A stretch of DNA of 44,668 nucleotides. Origin: Methylacidiphilum sp. Its GTDB lineage: Bacteria > Verrucomicrobiota > Verrucomicrobiia > CAIQCK01. Both the position numbers and the translations under genes were made by a program. The stretch covers positions 1-44,668 of the forward strand of contig DYDC01000001.1 of the NCBI GenBank assembly GCA_020718125.1. The letters are read 5' to 3'. Shown here piece after piece: positions 17,123 to 24,845 of the stretch. The notes under the pieces were generated by a model. It saw nothing but the letters and a program-made list of their open reading frames with translations, did not search any database and had not been told where the DNA came from. Each line of letters opens with the position of its first letter. Positions within the stretch are counted from its first letter, which is position 1.

Positions 17123-17327
17123 GACCGCGGCGGCCTATCGGGTGAGAACCAAGCCCGCAAGCGACTTGGAGTTTCCGGATTGGAGCGGCCATTGTGAGCG
17201 GCCATCGAAGATGACCGCGGATGCGATGCTGCGGTATTGCGAGTTCCTGTTGCCGCTCGTGCGGAGCTTTCCGGGACGCAGGAAGCTGCGGCTGGCAACC
17301 CGATGTTCTCGTGAGTTTGTCTTATAG
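17091..17327 (+). CDS. small hypothetical protein
   Basis: 78-aa ORF overlapping the 3' end of the preceding gene. No recognisable motif. Confidence 0.2.
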   Translation: MSKFSKHVLRETAAAYRVRTKPASDLEFPDWSGHCERPSKMTADAMLRYCEFLLPLVRSFPGRRKLRLATRCSREFVL

Positions 17328-17340
17328 TGAGGATCCAATC

Positions 17341-18864
17341 ATGCCCGAATACTTCATCGGAATAGACAGCGGCACCCAATCCACCAAGGCCATCGTCGTG
17401 GACGCGCGCACCGGCCGCGTTGCCGGCAGCGGCGCGAAAGCGCACGGCCTCATCCCGAAACTGCCGCCGGGCCACAAGGAGCAGCACCCGAAGGTGTGGA
17501 TTGACGCGGTCATCGCCAGCGTCCGCGCCGCGCTCAAGGCTGCGAAAGTGAAGGCCGCCGACGTGCGCGGCATCGGCGTCAGCGGCCAACAGCATGGGTT
17601 CGCGCCTCTGGATGCCGCGGGCAACGTCATCCGTCCGGCAAAACTCTGGTGCGACACGTCCACCGCGACGCAATGCGACGAGATCATCGGCAAGCTGGGC
17701 GGCCTCTCGCGCGTCATCGAGCTCATCGGCAACGGCGTGCCGGCGGGTTTCACTGCGTCGAAGATTCTCTGGCTCAAACAAAACGAGCCGCAGAACTACG
17801 CGAGGCTCGCCACCGTCCTGTTGCCGCACGACTACATCAACTTCTGGCTGACGGGCAACAAGACGATGGAGTTCGGCGACGCCAGCGGCACGGCGCTGAT
17901 GGATGTGCGTTCGCGCCAATGGTGCGACGCGGTCATCGCTGCGATTGATCCCGATCTCAAAGCGAAGCTGCCGGCCATCCAGCCGAGCGACCAGCCCGCG
18001 GGCAAGTTGCGTGCTGAAGCCGCCAGGTCGCTTGGTGTGGGCGGCAACGTGATCGTCAGCGCGGGTGGTGGCGACAACATGATGGGTGCCATCGGCACCG
18101 GCAATACGCGGCCAGGCATCGTTACAGCGAGCTTCGGCACCAGCGGGACGATCTACGCGTGCAGCGACAAGCCGGTGATTGATCCCGAGGCGGAGATTGC
18201 CGCGTTCTGCGATTCCACGGGGCAATGGCTGCCGTTGCTCTGCACGATGAACGTCACCGTTGCCACCGAGATGGTCCGCAAAGACTTCGGCTGGACGTTC
18301 GCGAAGATGGACGCCGAAGTGAAGAAGACGCCTGTCGGCGCGGGCGGCCTCGTGCTGCTCCCCTACTTCGAGGGCGAGCGCACACCGAACGTGCCCGATG
18401 GCACAGGCGTCTTCTTCGGGGTGAACAACCGCACGCTCGCGGCGGGGCCGTTCGCGCGCGCGGCGATGGAGGGCGCCACGCTCGGCATGAACTACGGCCT
18501 GAACCGCCTGCGCGCGCTCGGCATCGCGCCGACGCAAATTCGCGCTACGGGCGGCGGCTCGCAATCGCCGGTTTGGCGGCAGATCATGGCCGACGTGTTC
18601 AACGCCGAGGTCGTTTGCGCGCAGACGGCGGAGGGCGCGGCCTACGGCGGCGCGTTGCAGGCAATGTGGTGCTGCGCCCGCCAGCGGGGCAGCAAGGTCG
18701 AGATTTGGGAAATCACCGATGAGTTCGTCAAACTCGACCGGAAGAGCATCGCCAAACCGAAGCCGGCCAACGTGGAGAAGTATCGCGCGCTCCAGACGCT
18801 GCAAGACCAGCTCAGCCGCGATCTGCGCGGGGCGTTTGCGAAGCACCGGGCGTTGGTGTCGTAA
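17341..18864 (+). CDS. xylB: FGGY-family carbohydrate kinase, xylulokinase-like
   Basis: IGIDSGTQSTKAIVVD ... GVSGQQHGFAPLD ... KLWCDTST ... GGGSQSPVWRQIMADVF are FGGY/xylulokinase signatures. Confidence 0.8.
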   Translation: MPEYFIGIDSGTQSTKAIVVDARTGRVAGSGAKAHGLIPKLPPGHKEQHPKVWIDAVIASVRAALKAAKVKAADVRGIGVSGQQHGFAPLDAAGNVIRPAKLWCDTSTATQCDEIIGKLGGLSRVIELIGNGVPAGFTASKILWLKQNEPQNYARLATVLLPHDYINFWLTGNKTMEFGDASGTALMDVRSRQWCDAVIAAIDPDLKAKLPAIQPSDQPAGKLRAEAARSLGVGGNVIVSAGGGDNMMGAIGTGNTRPGIVTASFGTSGTIYACSDKPVIDPEAEIAAFCDSTGQWLPLLCTMNVTVATEMVRKDFGWTFAKMDAEVKKTPVGAGGLVLLPYFEGERTPNVPDGTGVFFGVNNRTLAAGPFARAAMEGATLGMNYGLNRLRALGIAPTQIRATGGGSQSPVWRQIMADVFNAEVVCAQTAEGAAYGGALQAMWCCARQRGSKVEIWEITDEFVKLDRKSIAKPKPANVEKYRALQTLQDQLSRDLRGAFAKHRALVS

Positions 18865-18957
18865 TACGTAATGCGTAATACGTAAAACGGAAACGGAACC
18901 GTCGCACCCAGCCTTACGCATCACGCATTACGCATTACGGTTCACGTTTCCAGTTTC
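18862..18957. repeat. heptanucleotide-repeat tract pair (TAATGCG-type then GAAACGG-type, followed by their complements)
   Basis: TAATACG TAATGCG TAATACG TAAAACG GAAACG GAACCG, then a 12-nt spacer, then TTACGCA TCACGCA TTACGCA TTACGGT TCACGTT TCCAGTT. The tract fills the whole xylB-amidohydrolase intergenic gap. Confidence 0.7.
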
Positions 18958-20127
18958 ATGCAGCTCTATCGCGCCAAGTTCGTCCTGCCGATTGCCACAC
19001 CTCCCATCGAGGACGGTGTCGTTGCTGTCGAGCGGGGACGTGTCGCCGCAACAGGTCGAACGGCCGACTTTTCCGGCCCGTTCACCGACCTCGGCGAATG
19101 CGCCTTGCTGCCCGGCTTCATCAACGCGCACTGTCATCTCGACTACACCGACATGGCGGGCGAGGTGCCGATGCGCGGCAGCTTCACGGAATGGCTGGCC
19201 GACATCACGGCGTTGAGGCGGGCGTGGTCGGCGCCACAGTTCGCGGTGTCAGCGTGCAACGGTCTCATCGGCGCGTCCCGCAGCGGGACGACGACGTTAT
19301 GTGACATCGCAGCAACACCCGCCAACCTCGGCCTCGTGGCGGCGGCGCCGATGCGCGTATTGTCGTGTCTGGAGTTGATTGATGTCGCGGGCCAGACGAT
19401 AGACGACTCGCAATGGGCTTGTTTCGCGGGCCTCTCGCCCCACGCGCCGTTTACGGCCTCGGCGGCGCTCTACGAGAAGGCTCACACCTTCTGCCGGAAA
19501 CGCCGGCGCATTTTCACGACGCACTTGGCGGAGTCTCTCGACGAGCGGGCGATGTTCGAGGAGGCGCGTGGCGCGCTCTATGAACGGCTGCGCGCGCTGG
19601 GCCGGCCGATGAGCGACTGCGGCCACGGATCGAGCGTTGAGTTGCTTGACCGGCTGGGGGTGCTTCGCGGCGCGTTGGTGGCGCATGCGAATTGCGTCAG
19701 CGACGATGACATTGTCCGGTTGGCGCAAGCCAAGGCAATTGTCGTGCATTGCCCAAGCAGCCACCGGTTTTTCGGTCATCCACCGTTTCCGCTGGAGCGG
19801 CTGCGGGCGGCGGGCGTGCCGGTCTGTCTCGGCACCGACAGCGCCGCCAGCGGGGCGACGTTGGACATGCGCGACGAGATGCGGCAGTTTGGGGCGGCAT
19901 TTCCGGCGGTGCGGCCCGGCGACGCGCTGGCAATGGCGACCGTGGCAGCGGCTGCGGCATTGAAACGGCCGGGCGTGACGGGCACACTGGCACCGGGTGC
20001 CAGGGCCGACATGATCGCAGCAGCGGTGGAACGGAACCCGCGGGATTTGCCCGAAGCGGCGGTCATGAGCCGGGGCGCGGTGTGGTTGAACATGGTCAAT
20101 GGAAAGGCGGTGCATCGTGAGGATTGA
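18958..20127 (+). CDS. amidohydrolase-superfamily deaminase (chlorohydrolase / aminofutalosine-deaminase-like)
   Basis: LLPGFINAHCHLDYT is the metal-binding HxH motif, and the later HL.ES and CPSSH motifs are typical of the ATZ/TRZ-like subgroup. Confidence 0.7.
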   Translation: MQLYRAKFVLPIATPPIEDGVVAVERGRVAATGRTADFSGPFTDLGECALLPGFINAHCHLDYTDMAGEVPMRGSFTEWLADITALRRAWSAPQFAVSACNGLIGASRSGTTTLCDIAATPANLGLVAAAPMRVLSCLELIDVAGQTIDDSQWACFAGLSPHAPFTASAALYEKAHTFCRKRRRIFTTHLAESLDERAMFEEARGALYERLRALGRPMSDCGHGSSVELLDRLGVLRGALVAHANCVSDDDIVRLAQAKAIVVHCPSSHRFFGHPPFPLERLRAAGVPVCLGTDSAASGATLDMRDEMRQFGAAFPAVRPGDALAMATVAAAAALKRPGVTGTLAPGARADMIAAAVERNPRDLPEAAVMSRGAVWLNMVNGKAVHRED

Positions 20128-20791
20128 ACGACTGGGCGGCCTGCTGGCGGTCGCAATTGCGACCGTGATGTGGCGGGCGGAGGCGCAACAGGGTGTCGCG
20201 CCGCCAACGCCCGGCGGCTTCGCTCCGCACGGTGTGGGGTCGGGTGTGGGTGTCGGCGGCGCCACGGTGGCACCCGGTCAGGTGACCAACCCCGCCGGGA
20301 TCGTGAGAGGGTTGCACTTGAAAATCCAGGCCCTGATTCGCGCGCAACGCTACAACGAAGCCGAGGCGGCAACGATGGAACTGCTCCAGCGCGAACAGAA
20401 CACGCAATCACAATACGCGCAGGTTTATTTGCGGCAGATCCAGGCCGGTCGGGCGGCATTGGAGGCGCCCTTGCGCCAGATCATCGTGCCGGAGGTCAAC
20501 TTCCGGGAGGCGAACATCGCGGATGTGGTCAAGTTCCTGGGGGACGTCAGTGTTGAGCGTTCGGCAAACAAGCGCGGCATCAGTTTCGTGCTTCAACTGC
20601 CTCCGGGCGTTCCGACGTCAACGGTAACATTGAACCTTCGCCAGACGCCATTGCTCGATGTGCTCCGCTACGCCGCCTCCGGCGCCGGGCTGGAGTTCCG
20701 CTGCGAGCAGCACGCCGTGGTCATCTACAAGCCTCAACCGGCGGCTCCAGCCGCAACGCAGGGCGGGGCACAGCCGCCGCCGGCTCCGTGA
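20099..20791 (+). CDS. secreted hypothetical protein with secretin-N/STN-like C-terminal domain
   Basis: Signal-like LGGLLAVAIATVMWRAEA. IVPEVNFREANIADVVKFL...LNLRQTPLLDVLRYA resembles the small N0/STN-type domains common in PVC bacteria. Confidence 0.45.
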   Translation: MERRCIVRIERLGGLLAVAIATVMWRAEAQQGVAPPTPGGFAPHGVGSGVGVGGATVAPGQVTNPAGIVRGLHLKIQALIRAQRYNEAEAATMELLQREQNTQSQYAQVYLRQIQAGRAALEAPLRQIIVPEVNFREANIADVVKFLGDVSVERSANKRGISFVLQLPPGVPTSTVTLNLRQTPLLDVLRYAASGAGLEFRCEQHAVVIYKPQPAAPAATQGGAQPPPAP

Positions 20792-22014
20792 TGGCAATGG
20801 AACTCGACGCGTTTGCGACTGCGGCGTTGGAGGAACTGCGCGCGGCTGGATTGCTTCGGTCGCTCCGCACGGTTGGCAATCCGCAAGGCCCGCTCATTAC
20901 GGTGGACGGCCGGGAGCTGCTGAACTTCTCCTCCAACGATTACCTCGGCCTCGCGAACGATCCGTTGCTGCGCGAGGCGGCGGTGCGCGCTGTGGAGCGA
21001 TACGGCGTCGGCGCGGGCGCGTCGCGGCTGGTCTGCGGCAACATGGCGCCGTATGGCGAACTGGAGGATCGCTTGCCGGCTTTCAAGGGGAAGGAGGCGG
21101 CGGTCGTTTTCGGTTCCGGCTATGCCGCCAATGTCGGCACGATTTGCGCGCTGGTTGGTAAAGGCGACACCGTCATCCTCGACAAGCTCAACCACGCCAG
21201 CATCGTTGATGGCGCCCGGCAGAGCGGGGCGACCGTCCGCGTCTATCCGCACCGCGACATGGACAAGCTAGAGAAGTTGCTGAAACAGAGTGGGCCGTGC
21301 GTCCCGCACGGCCAATCATCGACGATCAGCCGCGCGGGACGCGCGGCCCACCCTAGTCGCACACTCGTAGTCACAGAAACCGTCTTCTCCATGGACGGCG
21401 ACCACGCGCCGCTGCGCGAGATCGTCGAGTTGAAAGACCGCTACGGCGCGTGGCTGATGATTGATGAGGCTCACGCAACGGGCCTCTACGGGTCGCGCCG
21501 GCGGGGACTGGCCGAGGAACTGGGTGTGGAGGACCAGATTGACGTGACCCTCGGCACGTTGAGCAAGGCGCTCGGCTGCGTCGGTGGTTTCGTGTGCGGC
21601 TCGCGCGCGCTCGTGGACTTGCTCATCAACCGGGCGCGCAGCCTCATTTACTCGACGGCCCTGCCGCCGGCCATCGTCGCGGCAGCGAGCGCGGCGGTGC
21701 AGTTTGTGATGAGCGACGCCGGCCAGGCACGGCGGGAGTTGTTGTTGCAGCGGGTGAAGGAATTGCATCAAGGTGTGGTCAACCTTGGATACCGCAGCGT
21801 TCCGACCGGAGCAATCATGCCGATGGTTGTCGGTGACGAAGTCAAAGCGATGGCCCTGTCGCGGAGGCTGCTGGACGCCGGCGTCTTTGTCCCGGCGATC
21901 CGTTATCCGACCGTCGCCCGTGGCGCGGCACGCTTGCGGCTGACTGTGACGGCCGCGCATACCGCTGAACGGGTTCAGTTGCTGATAGGAAAGCTGTCGG
22001 GCGCGGGCCAGTGA
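20788..22014 (+). CDS. bioF: 8-amino-7-oxononanoate synthase
   Basis: NFSSNDYLGL, GSGYAANVG, FSMDGD and TLSKALG (PLP lysine) motifs. It carries a 68-nt palindromic insert. Confidence 0.9.
   Translation: MMAMELDAFATAALEELRAAGLLRSLRTVGNPQGPLITVDGRELLNFSSNDYLGLANDPLLREAAVRAVERYGVGAGASRLVCGNMAPYGELEDRLPAFKGKEAAVVFGSGYAANVGTICALVGKGDTVILDKLNHASIVDGARQSGATVRVYPHRDMDKLEKLLKQSGPCVPHGQSSTISRAGRAAHPSRTLVVTETVFSMDGDHAPLREIVELKDRYGAWLMIDEAHATGLYGSRRRGLAEELGVEDQIDVTLGTLSKALGCVGGFVCGSRALVDLLINRARSLIYSTALPPAIVAAASAAVQFVMSDAGQARRELLLQRVKELHQGVVNLGYRSVPTGAIMPMVVGDEVKAMALSRRLLDAGVFVPAIRYPTVARGAARLRLTVTAAHTAERVQLLIGKLSGAGQ
21287..21354 (+). repeat. REPIN-like hairpin doublet (family B) inside bioF, translated in-frame
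   Basis: AGAGTGGGCCGTGCG-TCC-CGCACGGCC, 15-nt spacer, GCCGCGCG-GGA-CGCGCGGCCCACCCT. It encodes QSGPCVPHGQSSTISRAGRAAHPS between conserved BioF blocks. Confidence 0.75.
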
Positions 22015-22023
22015 GTGTGCGCA

Positions 22024-22072
22024 TCGCGTTTCACGTTTCACGCTTCACTCGCCATGCCCCACGCTTTACGCT
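22024..22072. repeat. direct heptanucleotide tract (CACGNTT x7)
   Basis: CGCGTTT CACGTTT CACGCTT CACTCGC CATGCCC CACGCTT TACGCTC in the bioF-bioA spacer. Confidence 0.6.
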
Positions 22073-22081
22073 CCCCGCCGC

Positions 22082-23413
22082 ATGGATTCGCTCGCTGACA
22101 AGGACCATCGCCACCTCTGGCATCCGTTCACGCAGATGCGTGACTGGATGGCGGAGGAGCCTGTCATTATCGCGCGGGGGCAGGGTGCGCGACTGTGGGA
22201 CACGAAGGGTCGCGAGTATCTCGACGCCAACGCCTCGATCTGGACGAATATCCACGGCCACAACCATCCGCGCATCAACGCCGCCATCCGCGCCCAACTG
22301 GAGAAGGTCGCGCACAGTTCGTTCCTCGGCCTGTCGAACGTGCCGGCCATCGAACTGGCGGAGAAGTTGGTCAGCATCGCGCCTGTAGCGGCGGTCTCTG
22401 ACCGCCGTCGGTTGCCAGAAGACGAACAGCCGGCGGTCAGAGACCGCCGCTACAGTCCGCTCACACGCGTTTTCTACAGCGACGACGGCTCCACGGCGGT
22501 CGAGGTGGCAATCAAGATGGCGCTGCATTACTGGGTCCATCGCGGCCAGCCGCAGCGACGGCGGTTCGTGGCATTCAGCGGCGCCTATCACGGCGATACG
22601 GTCGGCGCGGTGAGCCTCGGCGGGATTGATCTGTTTCACGCGGCCTACAAGCCGCTGCTGTTTGAAGTGGAGCATGTGGCGGACGCGGCGGCGCTGAGAT
22701 CAGTTTTGGAGAGGCATGGCAAAGAAGTGGCTGCGGTGGCGATCGAACCTCTGATTCAGGGCGCGGCGGGGATGAAGGTGTGGCCGCGCGGTTTGTTGGC
22801 AGAGACGCGGCGGCTTTGCGATGAGCACGGGGCGTTGCTGGTCGCCGACGAAGTGATGACGGGCTTTGGCCGGACAGGAACGATGTTCGCGTGCGAGCAG
22901 GAGAGCGTGACGCCGGATTTTCTGTGTCTGGCGAAAGGGTTGACGGGCGGCTACATGCCGCTGGCGGCGACACTGACGACTGACGCAGTGTTCGAAGCGT
23001 TTCTCGGCAGCTACGAAGACCAGAAGACGTTCTTTCACGGCCACAGTTATACAGGCAACCAGCTCGGCTGCGCGGCGGCGCTGGCAAGCTTGGCGGTCTT
23101 CGAGGAAGAGCAGACGCTGGAGCAGTTGCAGCCGAAGATTGGGTTGCTGCGGAACGATCTACAGGAGTTCTGCGAGCTGAAGGCGGTGATGGAGGTCCGT
23201 CAGTGTGGCTTCATCGGCGCAGTGGAGCTTGGCTCGTATCCGTGGAAGGCAAAGGCGGGCATCCGAGTGTGCCAGCGTGCGCGCGAGCTGGGCGCGCTGA
23301 CGCGGCCCATCGGCAACGTCATCGTCATCATGCCGCCACTGTGTGTGACGGAGGATGAGTTGCGGAAGATATGCGAGGCGCTGCGACGGGCGATTCAGGA
23401 GGAGTTGAGATGA
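22082..23413 (+). CDS. bioA: adenosylmethionine-8-amino-7-oxononanoate aminotransferase
   Basis: HLWHPFTQM, RVFYSDDGSTAVEVAIKMA, ADEVMTGFGRTG and MPPL motifs. It carries a 73-nt palindromic insert. Confidence 0.9.
   Translation: MDSLADKDHRHLWHPFTQMRDWMAEEPVIIARGQGARLWDTKGREYLDANASIWTNIHGHNHPRINAAIRAQLEKVAHSSFLGLSNVPAIELAEKLVSIAPVAAVSDRRRLPEDEQPAVRDRRYSPLTRVFYSDDGSTAVEVAIKMALHYWVHRGQPQRRRFVAFSGAYHGDTVGAVSLGGIDLFHAAYKPLLFEVEHVADAAALRSVLERHGKEVAAVAIEPLIQGAAGMKVWPRGLLAETRRLCDEHGALLVADEVMTGFGRTGTMFACEQESVTPDFLCLAKGLTGGYMPLAATLTTDAVFEAFLGSYEDQKTFFHGHSYTGNQLGCAAALASLAVFEEEQTLEQLQPKIGLLRNDLQEFCELKAVMEVRQCGFIGAVELGSYPWKAKAGIRVCQRARELGALTRPIGNVIVIMPPLCVTEDELRKICEALRRAIQEELR
22383..22455 (+). repeat. 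REPIN-like hairpin doublet (family C) inside bioA, translated in-frame
   Basis: CTGTAG-CGGCGGTC-TCT-GACCGCCG, 23-nt spacer, CGGCGGTC-AGA-GACCGCCG-CTACAG. The arms are perfect inverted copies. It encodes VAAVSDRRRLPEDEQPAVRDRRYS just before the conserved RVFYSDDGS block. Confidence 0.8.
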
Positions 23414-24075
23414 AGGCCGAAGGTCGAAGGTCGAAGGCCGAAGGAAGGCCGAAATCCGAAAACCGAAGCGCGGCGTGTGTGTTTGTGACTGGAACAGATA
23501 CGGGGGTGGGCAAGACATTTGTGACGGCGGCGCTTGTGCGAGCATTGCGGAAAGCGGGCGTCCATGCGGGCGCAGTGAAACCATTTGCCACAGGGAACCG
23601 GGACGATGCGCGGGTGTTGCGGGCGGCAATGGACGGCGAGTTGACGCTGGCGGAGATCAATCCAGTGTTCTTCCGACGGCCGTTGGCGCCGATGGTGGCG
23701 GCGCGGTTGGAGGGGAAACGTGTGCCGCTGCGAGTAAGACTGCCGGCCAAGCGGTTCGATTTGCTGCTGGTCGAGGGCGTCGGGGGCTGGCTGGCGCCTC
23801 TGACGGATCGTGTGATGGTGGCGGATTGGGTGGCGCGGCAGGGCTGGCCGATCGTCATTGTTGCGCGGGCGGGCTTGGGAACGATCAATCACACGCTGCT
23901 GACGGTGGAAAGCGCGCGGCGGCGAGGTGTGAAGATTGTAGCCGTGATTCTGAATGACGTGGACAAGGCTGGCACGGCAGCGGCGCGGAGGAACGCGGTC
24001 GTCTTGCGGCGGTTGACGCGGCTGCCGGTGTTCGTGTCGGCAAGTGGATTGGCGGCTGCGCTTCTCGGACGATGA
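23410..24075 (+). CDS. bioD: dethiobiotin synthase
   Basis: FVTGTDTGVGKT P-loop and the typical BioD length. The ATG at 23410 overlaps the bioA stop. The first ~20 codons are encoded by a heptad tract, so the true start could be the GTG near 23477. Confidence 0.8.
   Translation: MKAEGRRSKAEGRPKSENRSAACVFVTGTDTGVGKTFVTAALVRALRKAGVHAGAVKPFATGNRDDARVLRAAMDGELTLAEINPVFFRRPLAPMVAARLEGKRVPLRVRLPAKRFDLLLVEGVGGWLAPLTDRVMVADWVARQGWPIVIVARAGLGTINHTLLTVESARRRGVKIVAVILNDVDKAGTAAARRNAVVLRRLTRLPVFVSASGLAAALLGR
23412..23471. repeat. direct heptanucleotide tract (GAAGGYC family)
   Basis: GAAGGCC GAAGGTC GAAGGTC GAAGGCC GAAGGAAGGCC GAAATCC GAAAACC GAAGCGC at the bioA/bioD junction. Confidence 0.65.
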
Positions 24076-24083
24076 TGCAGCCG

Positions 24084-24530
24084 CTACGAGGCGCGCGGTT
24101 GCAGAATCAGGCAATCCAAGCCGTGGAATCGGGAGAAGCCTTGATCGAACGTCACCAGCCGAACACCGGCGCATTTGGCAAAGGCCGCCAGATACGCGTC
24201 CGTCCACAGGTTCGGCGATGTCCGCCCCAAGTCGCTGAACCTTGCCCATGTTTCGTCCAGATCGCGCGGCTCGGACTGCAACTGGATTTCAGGCAGTGCC
24301 AGCAAGTCCACGCACTGCTTCCACGCAGCCGCAGGCGTCAGCACATGGACGCCCATGACGCTCTTGTTGGTCAGCAGCCGCAGAAACCCCATCTGTGCGA
24401 CACGACAAAGGACAACCCGCGCTGCCGCCTCGCGCTCCCAATACGCCGCCGCCTCTTTGTGATGCGCGTGGGCCTCCGCCACAAGCGCCAGCCAGACGTT
24501 GGCGTCCAGCAGATCAGTGGATCTTGGCAA
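24084..24530 (-). CDS. vapC: type II toxin, PIN-domain ribonuclease VapC
   Basis: LLDANVWLAL at the N-terminus, a later TD (LWTDAYLAAFA), and TFD near the C-terminus are the PIN acidic-residue pattern. It overlaps the upstream antitoxin gene by 17 nt. Confidence 0.8.
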   Translation of the reverse strand: MPRSTDLLDANVWLALVAEAHAHHKEAAAYWEREAAARVVLCRVAQMGFLRLLTNKSVMGVHVLTPAAAWKQCVDLLALPEIQLQSEPRDLDETWARFSDLGRTSPNLWTDAYLAAFAKCAGVRLVTFDQGFSRFHGLDCLILQPRAS

Positions 24531-24774
24531 GGTCTTCCTCCTCCTCCAGCCTGGCTCGCAGAGCCGGCGTCACGCTGGCGATGATGCCCTTGCCGCGGCG
24601 TTTGATGATCGGCAGCCGGCTCCGCTTGCGCCCGGCCGTGGTGGATCGGTGCGGCTCCCGCAGCCCGTTCTCCATATACCGCATCAGCATTTCCTTCAGC
24701 GACGAGCCTTGCAGTGCCGCCTTCGCCTTCACTCGGCGGAACAACTCATCCGGCAAATCCAACGTCGTTCTCAT
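24514..24774 (-). CDS. vapB: type II antitoxin (VapB-like, ribbon-helix-helix type N-terminus)
   Basis: 86-aa ORF. MRTTLDLPDELFRRVKAKAALQG is typical of small antitoxins that pair with PIN toxins. Confidence 0.65.
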   Translation of the reverse strand: MRTTLDLPDELFRRVKAKAALQGSSLKEMLMRYMENGLREPHRSTTAGRKRSRLPIIKRRGKGIIASVTPALRARLEEEEDLAKIH

Positions 24775-24845
24775 GGACGCATCTTCACATCAAAGCATAT
24801 TGCCGTCAACATTCGGGAATGCGCCTGCGCGTGGGGAATGGCATG

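Noticed and set aside
18862-18957. Heptad tracts (also 22024-22072, 23412-23471, 30180-30269) as CRISPR arrays.
   Set aside because: The repeat unit is 7 nt with no unique spacers, and no cas genes are nearby. These are tandem microsatellite-like tracts, not CRISPR.
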